DNA from: Cyanophora paradoxa CCMP329
Taxonomy: Eukaryota; Plantae; Glaucophyta
Assembly (NCBI GenBank): GCA_004431415.1
Contig: QPMI01000572.1
Span: 124,001 to 188,000, forward strand
Length of the DNA: 64,000 nucleotides
Direction: 5' to 3'
Both the position numbers and the translations under genes were made by a program. The stretch's first letter is position 1. Each line of letters opens with the position of its first letter. The notes under the pieces were generated by a model that saw only the letters and a program-made list of their open reading frames with translations, ran no database searches and had not been told where the DNA came from. Below are positions 62,456-64,000 of this stretch, piece by piece.

Positions 62456-64000
62456 CTATCGCGACTCTGTGCGGAGTGCGAGGCCCATGCCGCCCACGGC
62501 GCCCGCCCTCTCCTCCTCGCCGCTCGGCCGCCGCTTCGGGAGGGCCTCCTCCGCATCCGGGCTCCGCCACCCCACCTGCGCACGCGCCCGCTCGTGTTTA
62601 GGGGGTACCGGGGGCGGCGGGGGGAGGGGTATGGGGGGGAGGAACCAGCGGCTCGTCCCCCCAGTCCTCGCTGGTCCGCCCGAGGCGGTCCGAGGAAGGC
62701 GGCGGCGTCCGCGGCGGCCGCTCGAGCCCCCCCGCCGCCCTGGAACAACAAAGGTGAGGGGTACCGGTCGGATTGGAGCGCGGGAGAAGAAGGGTACTCG
62801 GACCGGACGCAGAGGACGAAGAGCGCGAAGACGGCGACCTGCATCGCGGCGAAGAAGTAGTACCGCCCCGCCTGGATTCGAACGCGGGTCAAGTCGGAGG
62901 GGAAGGGAAGGCAGGAGCGGGCGCACGTTGGAGAAGGGGTTCAGCTCGAAGACCTGATAGCCAGCCCGTCTGAGAGACAAGGGGGGGGAGGGGGAGGGGG
63001 GTACGCGCCACGACGTCGAGGGCGTTGCCGAGGGCGGAGGTGAGGAGCCAGAGGGACGAGACGACCGACTTCATGCTCGCCGGCGCCTGCAGGGGGGGAG
63101 GGGGGCGATCGGACGGGGGTAGAGGGGGAGGGGGGAGGGGGGGGGCGAACGAACGTTCACGTAGGCGAACTCCAGGCCCGTGATCGAGAGAAGCACCTGG
63201 GCGCAGGGGGGTACGCGTACGTGAGGGAGGGGTACAGGGATGGTTCAGGGGCGGGCGGAGGGGCGGCACCTCGCCGATGGTGATGAGGATGTACTGGGGT
63301 ACCTGCCACGCGACGCTGACGCTCGCCCCCGCGACGATCCAGCCCTGCGCACGCAGACCGGGTTCGAACCCGCGCGGGGCGGCTTCGAGATTACCGAGTC
63401 GAACAGAAAGGCACCTCGACCACTCCGCTCATCACAAACGCCGCGGCTCTGAGAAAGGGAAGGTTGATCTGCGGAGGTACGGAGTTTCGGGTGGGGGTAT
63501 GTGCGAACCCGAAAAGCATCCCGCCGGCCATACGGCTCAGGGGGTGCACGATCGCGCCCATCCCGCGGCTCTGGGGGTACGGGATTCGTTCGGCGCGCTC
63601 GTGGCTGCAGGCGGGGCAGCCGCGTACCCTAAAGAAGGGGTACACGAGCTGGTCGAAGAGGGGGGCTAGGACGAGGATCAGGAAGGAGTTCAGGTTCTGT
63701 ACCCTGCGGAGGGGTCCTCTCGGCGGGAATTCGTCAAGCGGGGGTACGGGCGCGGAGGAATCCGCACTGGTCGGGCTCGATCTCAAGGCCGCCCAGCTTG
63801 CAGTCCATGTGCGACGCCTGGAACTGGGGTACGAGGCATTTTTCAGGTGGGGGCCGGAAGCCGAGGCGGGGGTACACTCGGGGCACCGTCCACGTGGAAG
63901 ATTGCTGGTCGTAGAGCGACCAGAAGACGGGCACGGGCGCGAAGATAAGCGCCACGCGCCCCAGGTCCTGCATCTGGGGGTATACGTACGTGAGCGGAGC
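62456..64000 (-). CDS. POT/PTR2 (SLC15-like) proton-dependent oligopeptide transporter, 3' part
   Basis: [98 protein letters not shown]. 5' end lies outside the window. Confidence 0.9.

Overview
This is eukaryotic nuclear DNA, very GC-rich and broken by many short (about 50-110 nt) spliceosomal introns. Most long ORFs in the supplied six-frame track are therefore spurious, and I spliced the gene models by hand, so boundaries are approximate. I find 14 protein-coding genes: the 3' end of CFAP47, a hypothetical membrane protein, a two-domain membrane adenylyl cyclase, a NACHT-pentapeptide-WD40 (NLR-like) gene, an Msp1/ATAD1-type AAA ATPase, NADP-malic enzyme, a HAD phosphatase of the RNA-repair (HAD_SAK) type, an LpxH/YbbF-like metallophosphoesterase with a Zn-ribbon tail, a CCT-domain protein, a pentapeptide-WD40-ankyrin fusion, an F-box/LRR-like protein, a carotenoid cleavage dioxygenase, a cyclopropane fatty acid synthase and the 3' part of a POT/PTR transporter. 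Gene content suggests a flagellated archaeplastid alga, possibly a glaucophyte (inference). The best candidate for an undescribed system is the NLR-like gene. Its WD40 sensor region is built from in-frame exon cassettes separated by 11 consecutive phase-0 introns at the same repeat position, it sits in a low-GC island, and its P-loop is degenerate. About 30 kb away, a NACHT-less copy of the same pentapeptide-WD40 module is fused to a long ankyrin array and lies head-to-head with an F-box gene. Also notable: a cyclase with inverted C2/C1 order but ATP-type residues, frequent GC-AG introns, and micro-exons carrying catalytic motifs.
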